A stretch of 28,975 nt of DNA. Origin: Patellaria atrata CBS 101060 (Eukaryota). How positions within the stretch are numbered: position 1 is the stretch's first letter; the number at the start of each line of letters is the position of its first letter. Of this stretch, positions 1-12,039 are shown piece after piece. The stretch is from positions 1,463,550 through 1,492,524 of the forward strand of contig MU006094.1 in the NCBI GenBank assembly GCA_010093705.1, given 5' to 3'. The translations under genes and the position numbers were made by a program. The notes beneath the pieces were generated by a model. The model had not been told where the DNA came from and ran no database searches. It was given only the letters and a program-made list of their open reading frames with translations.

Positions 1-2070
1 GTCCCCGCGTTGTAGACATCGAAATCGACGAGGAAAGCGGCGAATACAAACCCGAGTCCCGGCCAACGAACATTATGAACAGTGTACTCGTCAGCTTTAC
101 ACTCATCATTGTTACAGTGATGTTGGGTGCTGGATTTAGGCAAATCGCGATTGAGGTCTCCGTCGATCGGGGCTACATCCGGCTAGCCTTCGCCGCTCTT
201 GTCCCTGTCCAGGTATTCTTCACCTTAGTAAGCCTCTCCCCCATCCTTCCATCTGATGCCTACCTTTAATCGTTATCAAGAGTAAAGCTGACCTCCTTTA
301 GTTCTTCGCCCAAGTCATTGTAGGGTGTATCGCACAATGCGTTGGACCTGTGCGGCAGATGACCGAGAACTCAAGGTTCTACTCTGCACTACTCCCACGT
401 CGTCTCACCGGGAAGACGTTACCGCATATCACCATTCAATGCCCTGTTTACAAGGAGGGTTTAGCTTCCGTTATTGCGCCAACTGTCAAATCGATCAAAC
501 AAGCCATGTCGACGTACGAACTCCAGGGAGGCTCGGCTAACATGTTCATCAACGACGACGGGCTGCAACTGTTGGGCGAAGATGAGCGTCAGGCCAGGAT
601 CGACTTTTATGCGGACCACTGCATCGGCTGGACGGCACGACCTAAGGATGGTGCAGATGGCTTCGTCCGAAAGGGTAAGTTCAAGAAGGCGTCCAACATG
701 AATTTTGGGTTGATGTTGTCCAACAACGTCGAGGAGAAGCTGGTTCAGGTACAGCGGACTGAGGATTGGTCCCAAGCCGATGAAGCCTTTGAGTACGAGC
801 GCTGTTTGAAGGAAGTCGTCGAGGAAAACGGTCGGGCTTGGGCCGATGGTAACATCCGCGTTGGTGATTACATTCTACTCAGTAAGGCTACTCTACGCCC
901 TTGTGCTACTGGGGCTAACTGGGTTCAGTTGATTCCGACACGCGTGTTCCTGCAGATTGTCTGCTAGATGCCGCAAGTGAGATGGAGCAATCTCCCGAGG
1001 TTGGCATCATGCAATTCTCCAGCGGTGTCATGCAAGTCGTACATACGTACTTTGAGAACGGTATCACCTTCTTCACCAATCTCATCTACACAGCGATCAA
1101 GTACACGGTAAGCAACGGTGATGTTGCGCCTTTTGTCGGCCACAACGCCATCCTGCGGTGGTCTGCCATTCAACAGGTCTCCTTCTTTGACGAAGACGGT
1201 TATGAGAAGTTTTGGTCCGAATCCCACGTATCCGAAGATTTCGACATGTCACTCCGCCTACAGGTTGACGGGTACATCATCCGTCTAGCCGCATGGGCCG
1301 GCGAAGGCTTCAAGGAAGGAGTGTCTCTAACCGTATATGACGAGCTAGCCCGATGGGAAAAGTACGCATACGGTTGCAACGAGCTGCTGTTCCACCCTAT
1401 CCGATTTTGGCTCGTGCGTGGGCCCTTTACGAAACTTTTTCGCACATTCCTATTCAGCAACATCCGTATGACATCCAAGATCACCATTATCAGCTATATT
1501 GGAACCTACTACGCTATTGGCGCCGCTTGGATTATGACCACGGCCAACTATTTTGCTGTAGGCTGGTTTAACGGCTATCTTGACAAGTACTATATCGACT
1601 CTTGGAAGGTATGGTTCAGTATCGTTATTGTCTTTAACGGCTTAGGTAATGTCGCACTTGCGGTTATGAGGTATCGCATCGGCGAGCGCACCTTCTTCGG
1701 CGCCCTACTCGAGAACTTCAAATGGGTTCTTATGCTCGCCATCTTTCTAGGTGGCCTCTCCCTCCACGTCTCCCAGGCACTGCTGGCGCACATGTTCGAG
1801 GTCAACATGGTATGGGGTGCTACAGCTAAGGAAGCGGAGTTCTCCAACTTCTTCATCGAGGTGCCCAAGGTGCTGAAGAAGTTCAAGTTCTCAATTGCTT
1901 TCGCGCTCTTTGGTATTGTCGCTATGGTGGTACTTGCGACGGCTGGCTTTGTGCCGCACGATTGGAAGATTACTGACTTTGTGGCCATTTTGCCCATGGC
2001 GACAGTTACGGCAAGTCACTTGCTGCTTCCGATCGTCTTGAATCCTGCTTTGATGACTTTTTCGTGGTAG
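1..2070 (+). CDS. Membrane-bound processive glycosyltransferase family 2 protein (CesA-like), 5' partial; exons <1-227, 302-881, 929-2070
   Basis: Three ORFs are joined in frame by GT-AG introns 228-301 (branch GCTGAC) and 882-928 (branch GCTAAC). The spliced protein has DDG, IDSDTRVP (DxD), SEDF (TED-like) and ELARW (QxxRW-like) motifs, followed by several hydrophobic TM segments. Confidence 0.9.
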
Positions 2071-2749
2071 ATGTGGTGGATATGAACGATTGTTTTGTAT
2101 ATTTCTCTCCCCGACCAGGAATTTCCAAGGGGCTTATCTAATTATATAATGACTAGGTTCTTATAAAGGTGGGAAGGATATAGACGTTGATTCTACTAGG
2201 GATCGCATAAGCATCGGGCGCGGTATAAAGATGAATCACATTCTCTTGCACATAGGGGGAGGGTAATTGAGAGAGGGTATATTCAGTGATTGATCGGCAT
2301 TTACACTGTACATAACATTTGAGAAACCTAATATTTAAGCCTTGTGATGATGCCTCTTAATTCCTATTATTATAATGTTCCCATTTCCTGTGTATGGCCT
2401 AGAGTCACGCAGTCGCTATACTTAGCAGTGAGCGATCATTAAATCTATTGCCGTAGCTGGAGCTAGCCACTTGGTATTTACTGAACGCTCAACGCCACAC
2501 ACTCAAAGACATGATTTATTAGCAATTCATGGAATAAAAAGTTAGATTGTTTGGGGAAGTAGAGGTGATAATCCTGGAGTAGACTCCATGATGAATGAGT
2601 CTCCGTTGTGGAGGAATATGGACAGACAAATACTTTCGATAAGGTGAAGTACGAGCTGACTTCCTTAATCCAGAGAGAAGAGGCAAGATATATATCGTGA
2701 CATATTGAGGCTAAGAAACATTTATCAGAGTCTGAAGCTCCCCAAGACC

Positions 2750-3814
2750 TTAAATTCCGAGGGCTTGCGCAACACTCTCTTCGAGGTCCTCGTTCGGGAG
2801 TCCCAGCTTTTCATTCCACAGCTCCCTGCCCTCCGCTTCATAATCACCGTACGACTTGACCAAAAAACCTGCCTTTATCAGTGGATATGCAGCAGCGAAT
2901 CCAGCTCCTTCTGTCAAAGATGCCTCCGCCTCCTTAATCTTTGCCTCCCCGTTAACCTCCTCGATCACGTATTTCTCCCCTGAAACTTTTTCGGCAACAG
3001 AAATGAGTTCCTGTTGAGAAGTTGTGAAAGATTTGATGAATACATAGATATTTTTCGTAAGTTCCGGTTGCTGAAGGATGCGTGCTACCGCGATGCCGAT
3101 GGTGGGACGGCTAGTCACGATGAAGCGCTGTCTACCTCCGTTCCAAAGCGTGGCTTTCCGTGTGCTCGGAAAAATCTCGAAGAAGCCGAAATTGAGGCAC
3201 TGCAGTCAAGCAACCGATTAGATATGCATTTCTAGTTGCGTATCCAAGAATTCAGACAAGAAACATAGGGGTCGTGGAAGCTCTTACTAGGTCGAGGAAT
3301 GGCCCTGAAATGACGCTCGTCCAGCTCAAGCCGTCCTTCTCCTTAGATTTGAGATACTCGACCGCCTCGAGTTTGGCCGTGGCCCCATTTGCTGGCGCTA
3401 AAAGCTGCTGAAGCCCCTTATTCGTAGTGTCGCTCCCGAATTCGCTTGGAATGAACCGTTTTACACCAGCCGCAACAGCTGCATCGATGAAGGTGAACTG
3501 CGATTCGAAACCCACATGGCCTACGGCAGAGACGACAGCATCTTGGCCCTTGAAGAGGGGGGTCAGTGCTTCCAGGGTGTAGTCGCTGCGTACGACTTTG
3601 ACAGCTTCAGGAAAGTCGGATGTAGAATCCGGTCGCGTGAGGACGGTCACAGTAAAGGGGCTTGAGAGGAGTCCTGTAAGAATGTGGGAGCCAATGTTGC
3701 CACTGGCCTAGTAGAAGATTGTTAGTATGTGTACCTAATGTAATGTATTGCAGCATTGGTAGGAAAGTGAGGGAAGCGTACCCCTATAAGCAAGACATTC
3801 TTGATCTCTGCCAT
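2750..3814 (-). CDS. NmrA-like / isoflavone reductase-family NAD(P)-binding protein, 300 aa; exons 3814-3782, 3707-3288, 3199-2750
   Basis: The spliced N-terminus MAEIKNVLLIG-ASGNIGSHIL gives the Rossmann GxxGxxG motif. AAVAAGVKRFIPSEFG and WTSVISGPFLD are typical of the family. Introns 3781-3708 and 3287-3200 are GT-AG and keep the frame. Confidence 0.9.
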
Positions 3815-4639
3815 GGTTTTCGCAATGGAGCAGGTATCAGTGCTGAAGGCACCTTGCGAGTTGTACAGTTGGAGAAAGCTCTCTGTCTAATCTCCAAACC
3901 ACCCGGATTTGTATACAGGTTAAGAAAGTGCATAGCTTGCTCTTATATGTCCTGCTCCGCTGTTACCGGGTAGTGGGTTTCCGCATCAAGGGTGGATTGT
4001 TAATTGGATTAAATGTGGTTCATTAGGCCATCGGGATGTATGACAACGAGAGGTAGAAAGCAGTAGGATTGTAGGAAGATATCATTTAGTTACATAAGGT
4101 CGGGAAGTGTGAAGTGCCTATATCCCGTTATATTGGCACGGAGAGACGGGGAAAAAGGCGGAGTTAAGGGGACTCGTAATTATCTAACTCGTATAGGCAT
4201 AAACTGAAATCCTCTAAAACCGGAGCATTGCCGCGCTGAGAAATCGAAGATTTTAAATACAGTAGTTCTAACTTAATAAGCAGCCCCTGAGCTTAAGGTA
4301 CTTGATACGATGTCACTTCAGGCTGTCAGATGAGTCCTTTTGGAACAGTTGGTGATAGCTTCAATCTTAATGGACTTGGCAAAGGAGCAAATCCATATTT
4401 CAAGGCCGGTACCCATATGTATGTGCCCCTTCGCTACCCTCCGTAGCTTCGCCAATAATTCATGGAGCAGCAGATATGAGCACTCCTCGTAGAGAATGAG
4501 AGTCGGTTTGAACGGTTCTTTGGAGCTTGATTAGATATTACCATTAATCTTGCTAGTTTTTACATCTCTTTTGCCCCGTTTACAACCCGTCATCATTTCC
4601 ATATGTACCCGCCCACCCCTCCATGTTCCTGGATTTCTC

Positions 4640-5432
4640 TGACATCATTGCCTGCTATATCCGCTCGAACTCCACGTCAGGAGAGATTATCCCCCTAGTA
4701 AGGAGTGTAAGACTAAGCGCGAAAGGCCGCAAGTCTATCAGATACGGTCGAGTTGAGGTAGTGGCAAAAATTTCTAAGGGGAATTGGTCATGGCCCGCTA
4801 TTTGGATGATGCCCGAGAAGTCCGTAGTCCGTACCCAAATAATACTTAGCCTCTGTCGCAGTTATTATTCAGCGCTTTATTTGCCTACCACAACAGTACA
4901 GTGACTGGCCACGAAGCGGCGAAATTGACATCGCTAAGGCCAAAAGGCAATTGGGAGGAGTACGTTGAAGGTGGCCGAGACATCTTCCTCAGCACGGTGC
5001 ATTGGAGTCCAACACCTCAGCACGTAGTATGTTTACGACATTGACTTTAGAGATAAGATGATGTGAGAACGTGGTTACTTTGAAACTACAGTTGAGAACT
5101 CGACACTGTTAGAGAACCCATGGGATACGGGAAGAGACAATACGCCTTTCGATCAGAGCTTTTACTTAATTCTGAACGTTGCTGCTGGCAGCAAACTAGA
5201 TGGTTTCCGTAAGTTGACTATTGATGGGGCTACCAATACCAAGTGAGACTTCGCGCGACTGACAGCAATTTAGAAATGGGCGAGGAGACAAACTCTGGAT
5301 TGACGACAATGCCAATCCTGTCCATGATTTCTAGAATGCGGTGGATGACTCGCTAGCGACACGGGGTGAGGAAACGAAAGGGGGATGACAGTAAAGTCGG
5401 TTAAAATGTGGCAAGAGGGGAAATGCACCTGA
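4640..5432 (+). pseudogene. Degenerate GH16 beta-1,3-glucanase / beta-glucan-binding protein (C-terminal half recognisable)
   Basis: Translated motifs: RYGRVEVVAK..GNWSWPAIWMMP, intron 4827-4896, YSDWPRSGEIDIAK, GGRDIFLSTVHWSP, NTPFDQSFYLILNVAAG, intron 5209-5273, MTVKSVKMWQEGKCT*. Lesions: frameshifts near 4942, 5195 and 5380; stops TGA 5064-5066 and TAG 5332-5334; catalytic EIDIxE reads EIDIAK. The 5' boundary is uncertain. Confidence 0.88.
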
Positions 5433-5705
5433 ATGAACTCACCTGTTCGGTGAACGCGTCTAGGAAGAGTGATTTAGGGAGCCAGTTATTGTAATATATA
5501 TAGATTGGGCGGTCATGGAATGCTTGCACGAAAGTGTGCAGTCGTACGGTGGATTCATAATTCACACTCGAGTATATGCGTGCAAGCACTCTCGAAATCG
5601 TTCATTTAGAGGTGACGTCGCTTTGACACTTTACCAGTGTAATGAAACTTTGAAATGCTTAGAATATTGGTACGTAAAGTTGTTCGTAGGGTATTACTTC
5701 AAGAC

Positions 5706-6460
5706 TTACTTCCGCTTAATGCCCAACGCAGTACTGTAATCCTTCTTCTTCCTTTTCATCCTGTGGAAATGGGGGATAGGGACCGAGATATCACACAATC
5801 CGTCCAGGATAGAGATCCCTCCGATTACTTTGCTTGACTGGTCTTGAAACGCCTCCTAGGCCGCTTTTTCGTCTTCCAGATTGTGCACTTCTTGTTCCCT
5901 TGGGGTCGAACGTTTGGAAGTACCCAAAGCCTCGGTTGGTTCAAGTTGAAGTTTCTCCCTCCTTGCGTTTTGGACCCGAATTTCGTCCAAAGCATCGGTA
6001 ATAGCCATATCTGTCTTCGTCTGCTGTGTCTTTACTTCGAAATCTTCAATAACATTCCGCTCTCCCTCTTCACGTTTCAACCGACCTAGGGTCTCTTCTT
6101 CTGTCCGTTTAAATTTCTAGTCTTCCGCCAGTGTTCAAGGAGCTTTGCACCGCTTTCACATTCGTGGTCACGATTCTTTGGGTCGGTTTTGAAGGTGATT
6201 GAGGACGAACAGCGGGTGTAGCGGATATAGAAACGATAGATTGGAATGGTGAGATATTTCTGGTCAGTTATTTCCTTGCGAGAGTTAAACCTGCGGCCTT
6301 TGTAAATGTAATCTCCACATTTGGTGCATTACATGGGGAAAGGAGTGTCCAGACGGACGGTTTGGAGCTTTTGGTTCGTGGTGGACCTTCTCTGTCGGGG
6401 AACGCTGAGAGGGTCGAAATCGGGTGGGTAGTATTTGTTTAGGACTTTGCGTTCGGACAT
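5706..6460 (-). pseudogene. YJU2: Pseudogene of splicing factor YJU2/Cwf16/CCDC94, intronless
   Basis: Reads [82 protein letters not shown]. Lesions: stops at 6331-6329 (TAA) and 5858-5856 (TAG), a frameshift near 6116-6090, and a Zn-ligand Cys read as Tyr (6220-6218). Confidence 0.92.
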
Positions 6461-7015
6461 ATTGCTAGATATGTGATTAACGGTAGCTTTACTATTCGTA
6501 TATGCGTATTTGGAAAGTTAAGGAGTTGATGAATATGGAAAAGATTGTTAGATGTACCATTAGATGATTGTGGTCTGTATTGATGGTTTAGTCTAACCTA
6601 TTTAGAGTTAGGGGTAGAACTTTATCGTTCAGTGGCATTACTTTAGCAAGCTTTGCCTTAAGCAAGTCTAGCTAGAACTTACATTGATTCAACACTGTAA
6701 TCATCAATCAATAACATGATTTTTGATTGCCTAAATCATCCACTGTATAAGATGTCTAAAGGCGGAGACGGGAGAGATTCCGAATGCTTGCTTTCTATTT
6801 AACCTCCAAGGCTTGTTATATACTGCGCGTCGCCGATACCTTTCGTTTTCATCAACTTAATCGCTTGGATAAAATACTGGTAAAACCACTACTTACGCCT
6901 CACCACTCATCCCTTTGAAAATGGGCGCTCTGCCACAGCCGTGATCTATTTTGCCCACCATGCCCTCGAATCCGACTTCCCCTCCATCGATAGAGGGATC
7001 AGCACCAGTTATACT

Positions 7016-9024
7016 ATGCGCTTGTCCACGCTAAACTGCAGCTGGAGAACTTCTGCTCTCCTCTTCGCCGGCTTCTGTTTACAATCCACATCAGTTTTGG
7101 CGAATTCAGATGTGGAAAGAATAGGACTGTTTGAGTATGAGAAATCACATCTTTCACTAAGAGCGCTAGAGGATACCCTTTACGGGTCTGATAGGGGATT
7201 CCTTCAATTTGAAGACGTTGACAGCAAATTCAAACTACGGCGAAAACAAGCAGGCTGTAAAGTCTATCCCGGAGACCCCGAGTGGCCGAGTGAAGAGACT
7301 TGGGAGAGCTTCAAGAATTCCGTGGACGGAAATTTGATCAAAACCGTACCAAGGGCTGCGGTATGCTATCCGGGACCAGATTATGACGAACAGAAGTGTA
7401 CCACGGTCACAGCAACCTGGACAGACTCGTATGCACAATCCGCAAACCCAGTAGAAGTTCTCTCCCCAGCTTTCCAAGGATTAACATGCCAACCGCCGAC
7501 CTTGTTTCCCAACGGAAATTGCACCCTAGGGGGTTATCCTGTTTATGTCGTGGACGCGAGGAAGGTATCGCAGATTCAACTAGCAGTACGCTTTGCGAGA
7601 GATAATGGAATTCGACTCGTCATCAAGAACACCGGACACGATTTCCTAGGCAAATCACTCGGTGCAGGCGCCCTTAGTATCTGGACTCACAATCTGAAAG
7701 GTATTACGTTCATATCGGATTATCAAGATGACAGTTCGGATTACCAAGGTCCAGCATTCAAGGTTGGCGCCGGCGTTCAGGGCTACGAGCTATACAAGGC
7801 TGCCGAGGAGCAGAATCTCGTCGTGGTTGCGGGAGAGGGAGAAGTAAGTTGATTCATGATTTGCACATTTTCTACACCCTGTGTCAATGATAACCGCCAT
7901 TGGGTATATTACTGACCGTCTAACCGATACAGACTGTTGGTGTAATGGGCGGATACATTCAAGGGGGAGGTCATTCTCCCCTTAGCTCCATATTAGGTAT
8001 TGCAGCAGACCATGTTCTGGAGATTCAAGTTGTCACACCAGATGGTCAATTCCTTACTGTGAACTCCAAAGCGTATTCGGACCTGTTCTGGGCACTGAGA
8101 GGGGGCGGCGGCTCTACATTTGGCGTTGTAACGTCCGTGACTGTCAAGGCCCACAAGAATGTCCCGGTTACTGTTGGAACATTTCAATTCAGTGCTGCAG
8201 AAACAGGTCTCTCAACCTTCTGGTCTGGTGTCCGGGCTTATTTCGATACCTTTATCCCTTACTCAAATGCTGGGGTATACACCTATTTCTGGATATTTCC
8301 TCCTGCTATTACGGGTAACTTTCTTTTCAGCATGCAACCATTCTTTCTTCCGAACAAAACACTTTCTGAGACAGAATCGTTACTGGAACCCTTCTTGATA
8401 AAACTCACTTCTCTTGGTATCTCAGTTACTCCAAACCTCACCCACTACAACACTTTCTACCCTGCCTGGCGCAATGGTTTTCCTCTTGAACGTGTTGCAA
8501 CACCTACTTCAGCCACGGGCTCTCGTCTGTTTCCTCGAACGAATTGGGAAAGCGAAAATAAGCTTGATGCAACCTTCGACGCGATCAAAGCCGCCTCGGA
8601 CGCTGGGAATCTCCTAATCGCCTTCAACATCGCCCCAAGAGCGCAACGCGGGGGAAGTCCCAATAACGCTGTCAATCCTGCTTGGCGCAAAGCTGTGATG
8701 CACGCTATTTCCGGCGCATCATGGGCCCTCGATGCAACACCGGCGGAGGTGTTAAAGGTCAGGGAGACTTTTCAGGCTGGAGTGATGCAGAAATGGAGAG
8801 ATGTATCTCCCGGTGCGGGTGCCTATTTAGGTGAAGCGGACATTTTGGAGCCTAGTTGGCAACAGGCTTTTTACGGGAGCAATTACCAGCGATTGAAAGG
8901 TATTAAGGAGAAGTATGACCCTCAGAACGTTTTTTGGGCACCTACCGCAGTCGGTAGCGAAAAGTTCAAAGTTATCACGGAGGATGGGCTTCCAGGTCAG
9001 AACGGAAAGTTGTGTGAGGCATAA
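7016..9024 (+). CDS. Secreted FAD-linked oxidoreductase (FAD_binding_4 + BBE domain), 639 aa; exons 7016-7843, 7933-9024
   Basis: Signal-peptide-like N-terminus; KNTGHDFLGKS (His for covalent FAD), GGYIQGGGHSPLS, LFWALRGGGGSTFGVV, and the C-terminal FYGSNYQRLKGIKEKYDP BBE motif. Intron 7844-7932 (GTAAGT..ACTGAC..CAG) joins the two ORFs in frame. Confidence 0.93.
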
Positions 9025-9842
9025 TGAATATATGAGGATGTCTATTGATGATCTGAGATTACAGTGAGGTCGAAGTTGATCAATGTTGATTTTCAAATAC
9101 CAACCGTGCTGAAAATGAACAAGACCCGGCAGCAAAGTACTCTTAGGTAATATGAGCGGAATCCGAAGTTCATTTCTCAATACACCAAAGAGGGCACGCA
9201 AGGTGGCAGGCTGATGTTGCACATTGAAGCCTGAATACGCTTTTATTGGCACTACCTCGTATTTGTAGTGGAGCGATTTTCAACGGAAAAGGGAGCCTAT
9301 TATCTTCTGCGTTATAAGATACAGATACCGTTAGAGGAAAACTACTGAGATCAAAGTGTTGACCAAGCTTCGTTTCCCGCACAGCTGAGTTAGTTGTCTA
9401 GTTGAGAGTCTTTCGAACGCGCTTGAGTCATATTACAGTGCGGAGGATGAGCACGAGATAAGTGAAAAATGCGATGACAGAATCAGGGAACGATAATGAT
9501 GATGAGAGAAATTCGACTTGATGTGAAAGCAGAAAGAACAAAAAGGGACCAAAATAGAATAATTGCGAATTTAGTCGAGTTACATTCCAGTCCTGTCGTG
9601 AGGTGGTTTGGATGTCGTTGTTGCTGGGCAACTGTGTCGAGGCGAGGCATTGTTGATCATCCCCCACCATCCTCACCTTCCAACATTTCATTCCCCACTA
9701 TGCTCAACAACCTTCAAAATTTCCCTGTTCTCACCTGTTTCTACTTCCACTCCAATCTTCATCCAACAAGCCAGTCATTCGCTCTTGCATCTTACTTCCT
9801 ATTTCGCTTTAACGGCCCAGGTGGGCAATCACCACCACAGCT

Positions 9843-12039
9843 ATGGCGACTGATTCCTTTTCTTCCTCACAAATCCACCACGATCTGAAGCTACCCATCC
9901 CTCCACCTCCTATCCATACCCGCTCGAATAACGACGAAATGTATCGACCGTCAACTCCAACCCAGAATGCCTTCATCTCGCCCCAACAGACTCCTCAAGG
10001 TAGCCCGAGCAAAAACCAATTCCCGCCAGGTGCCTACGATCTCCCCAACGTCTTCGAGAATGCAATGAAGTTGGTGCCCAATATAGGTTCTCCTAGCAAG
10101 ATTGGCCGAGGGCAACAATCTCCCTCGTCTCCGAGCAAAAATACGTTGTCGTTTGCAGAAGACAACTTTGGTGGGTCACCAACTAAACAAGGCTTCGGCG
10201 CAGAGACACCTCCTAGTCCCTCAAGAAAGACAAATAAGGAGAACACCCCTCCAGGAACCAGGCCTCCATTGTCCAAGGAGAATAGCTACTTGAACCAAGC
10301 GGCTGTTTCGAGGCAGGAGCCCTACCGGCTTCGGGATCAGCCAGACCAATCGACCCGCTATCAGTCTACCACTCGAGGACTGTCTGCAGACGACCTCGAG
10401 AGGGTAAGAAAACCATCGGTTCAGAGACTTGCAAATGTTACTCAACTTTGTCAGTTTGTACAACATCATGAAACCTAACCTGCTGCTAACTATACTTCAC
10501 AGACTTTTTGGACTATTATTATGACCTTCTCAGCTATGTCCATAACCGTCAAAACCGAATGTCGCAGTTTCGATCGCAGGTTCCTCCCCCTCCAGAAACC
10601 CCACAAGGCGAATTTGATGCTGCTCTTAGCAAGTATCTCGGTAGAGAACGCGCCAACCTGCGGAAACGTAGAACTCGTTTACGACACGGTGATTTCCAAA
10701 TTCTTACACAAGTCGGTCAGGGAGGTTATGGCCAGGTGTACTTGGCCCAGAAAAAGGACACAAGGGAAGTCTGTGCACTTAAGATCATGAGCAAGAAACT
10801 TCTTTTCAAACTTGACGAAGTCAGACATGTGTTGACGGAGCGTGACATTCTTACCAACGCGAAGAGCGAATGGCTTGTCCGACTTCTATACGCATTCCAA
10901 GACGAGAAGAGCATTTATCTTGCAATGGTAAGTTTTCTTTGCGTGTTTCGAGGTCTACAAAATTTCTCATAATGTTAGGAATATGTCCCTGGCGGCGACT
11001 TCCGCACATTACTCAATAACACCGGCGTTCTTCATAATCGACATGCACGCTTTTATATAGCCGAGATGTTTACTTGCGTAGACGCACTTCATCAACTGGG
11101 ATATATTCATCGCGACCTTAAACCCGAGAATTTTCTTATCGACAGTACGGGTCACGTCAAACTCACCGATTTTGGTCTTGCTGCGGGCATGCTAGCACCG
11201 GCAAAGATTGAGTCGATGCGAATCAAACTAGAAGAAGTGGGTAATATTGCAATGCCTTTCGGTCGTCCTATGGAAGAACGCACTGCGGCTGAAAGACGAG
11301 AGGGCTATCGCAGTCTCCGCGAGCGTGAGGTCAACTATGCAAAGAGTATCGTCGGCTCTCCGGATTATATGGCACCCGAGGTGCTCAAAGGAGAAGAGTA
11401 TGACTTTACAGTCGATTACTGGAGTTTGGGATGCATGCTTTTTGAAGCTCTAGCAGGCTACCCTCCATTCGCTGGTGCAACGGTGGATGAAACATGGCAA
11501 AATCTGAAAGATTGGAGAAACGTGCTTAAGAAGCCCGTGTACGAGGACCCAACATACTTCCTGTCAAAACGAACCTGGGATCTGATCATTCGCCTGGTTG
11601 CTTCTAAACGGAGCCGATTTCGTGGTATTGGTGAGATCCATTCCCACGTTTACTTCGCAGAAGTCGATTGGAATCACTTGAGAGAACAACGGGCTCCCTT
11701 TGTACCCGAGCTTGATAGTGAAACTGACGCAGGATACTTTGACGACTTTGGTAACGAGGCGGACATGGCTAAGTACAAGGAGGTCCATGATAAGCAGATG
11801 GCCTTGGAAAGCATGGCCGATAGAGATGATAAGATGGGTAAGAGTCTATTCGTGGGCTTTACTTTTAGGTATGTGCAACCTTTACTGTTTACGTGGATTT
11901 TCAAGTGCAACAGTTGTCCGATTTAGAATATTAACCATGACCCAGGCATCGCAAACCGGCCACGGATGAAAACGGGAAGCCGAGTAGCCCACGGAAACCT
12001 CTTCCGACAACTGACGGCACCTTTGGGACAATCTTCTAA
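9843..12039 (+). CDS. DBF2: NDR-family Ser/Thr kinase Dbf2/Sid2, 671 aa; exons 9843-10449, 10503-10927, 10979-11868, 11946-12039
   Basis: ERANLRKRRTRL N-terminal regulatory region, QVGQGGYGQV, HRDLKPEN, DFG with an insert, SIVGSPDYMAPE, and the FVGFTFR hydrophobic motif. Three GT-AG introns keep the frame to TAA 12037-12039. Confidence 0.95.

Noticed and set aside
461..1997. Antisense and alternate-frame ORFs over the GT2 gene (similar ones overlie DBF2 and the oxidases)
   Set aside because: Shadow ORFs of well-supported genes.
6563..6740. Short AT-rich inverted matches in the YJU2/oxidase divergent region (GATGATTGTGGT vs ACTGTAATCATC)
   Set aside because: They are short, rely on wobble pairs and are not nested into a long stem, so they are compatible with chance.
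6941..7015. Longer GTG-initiated start of the FAD oxidase
   Set aside because: Eukaryotic gene; the ATG at 7016 directly precedes the signal-peptide-like segment.
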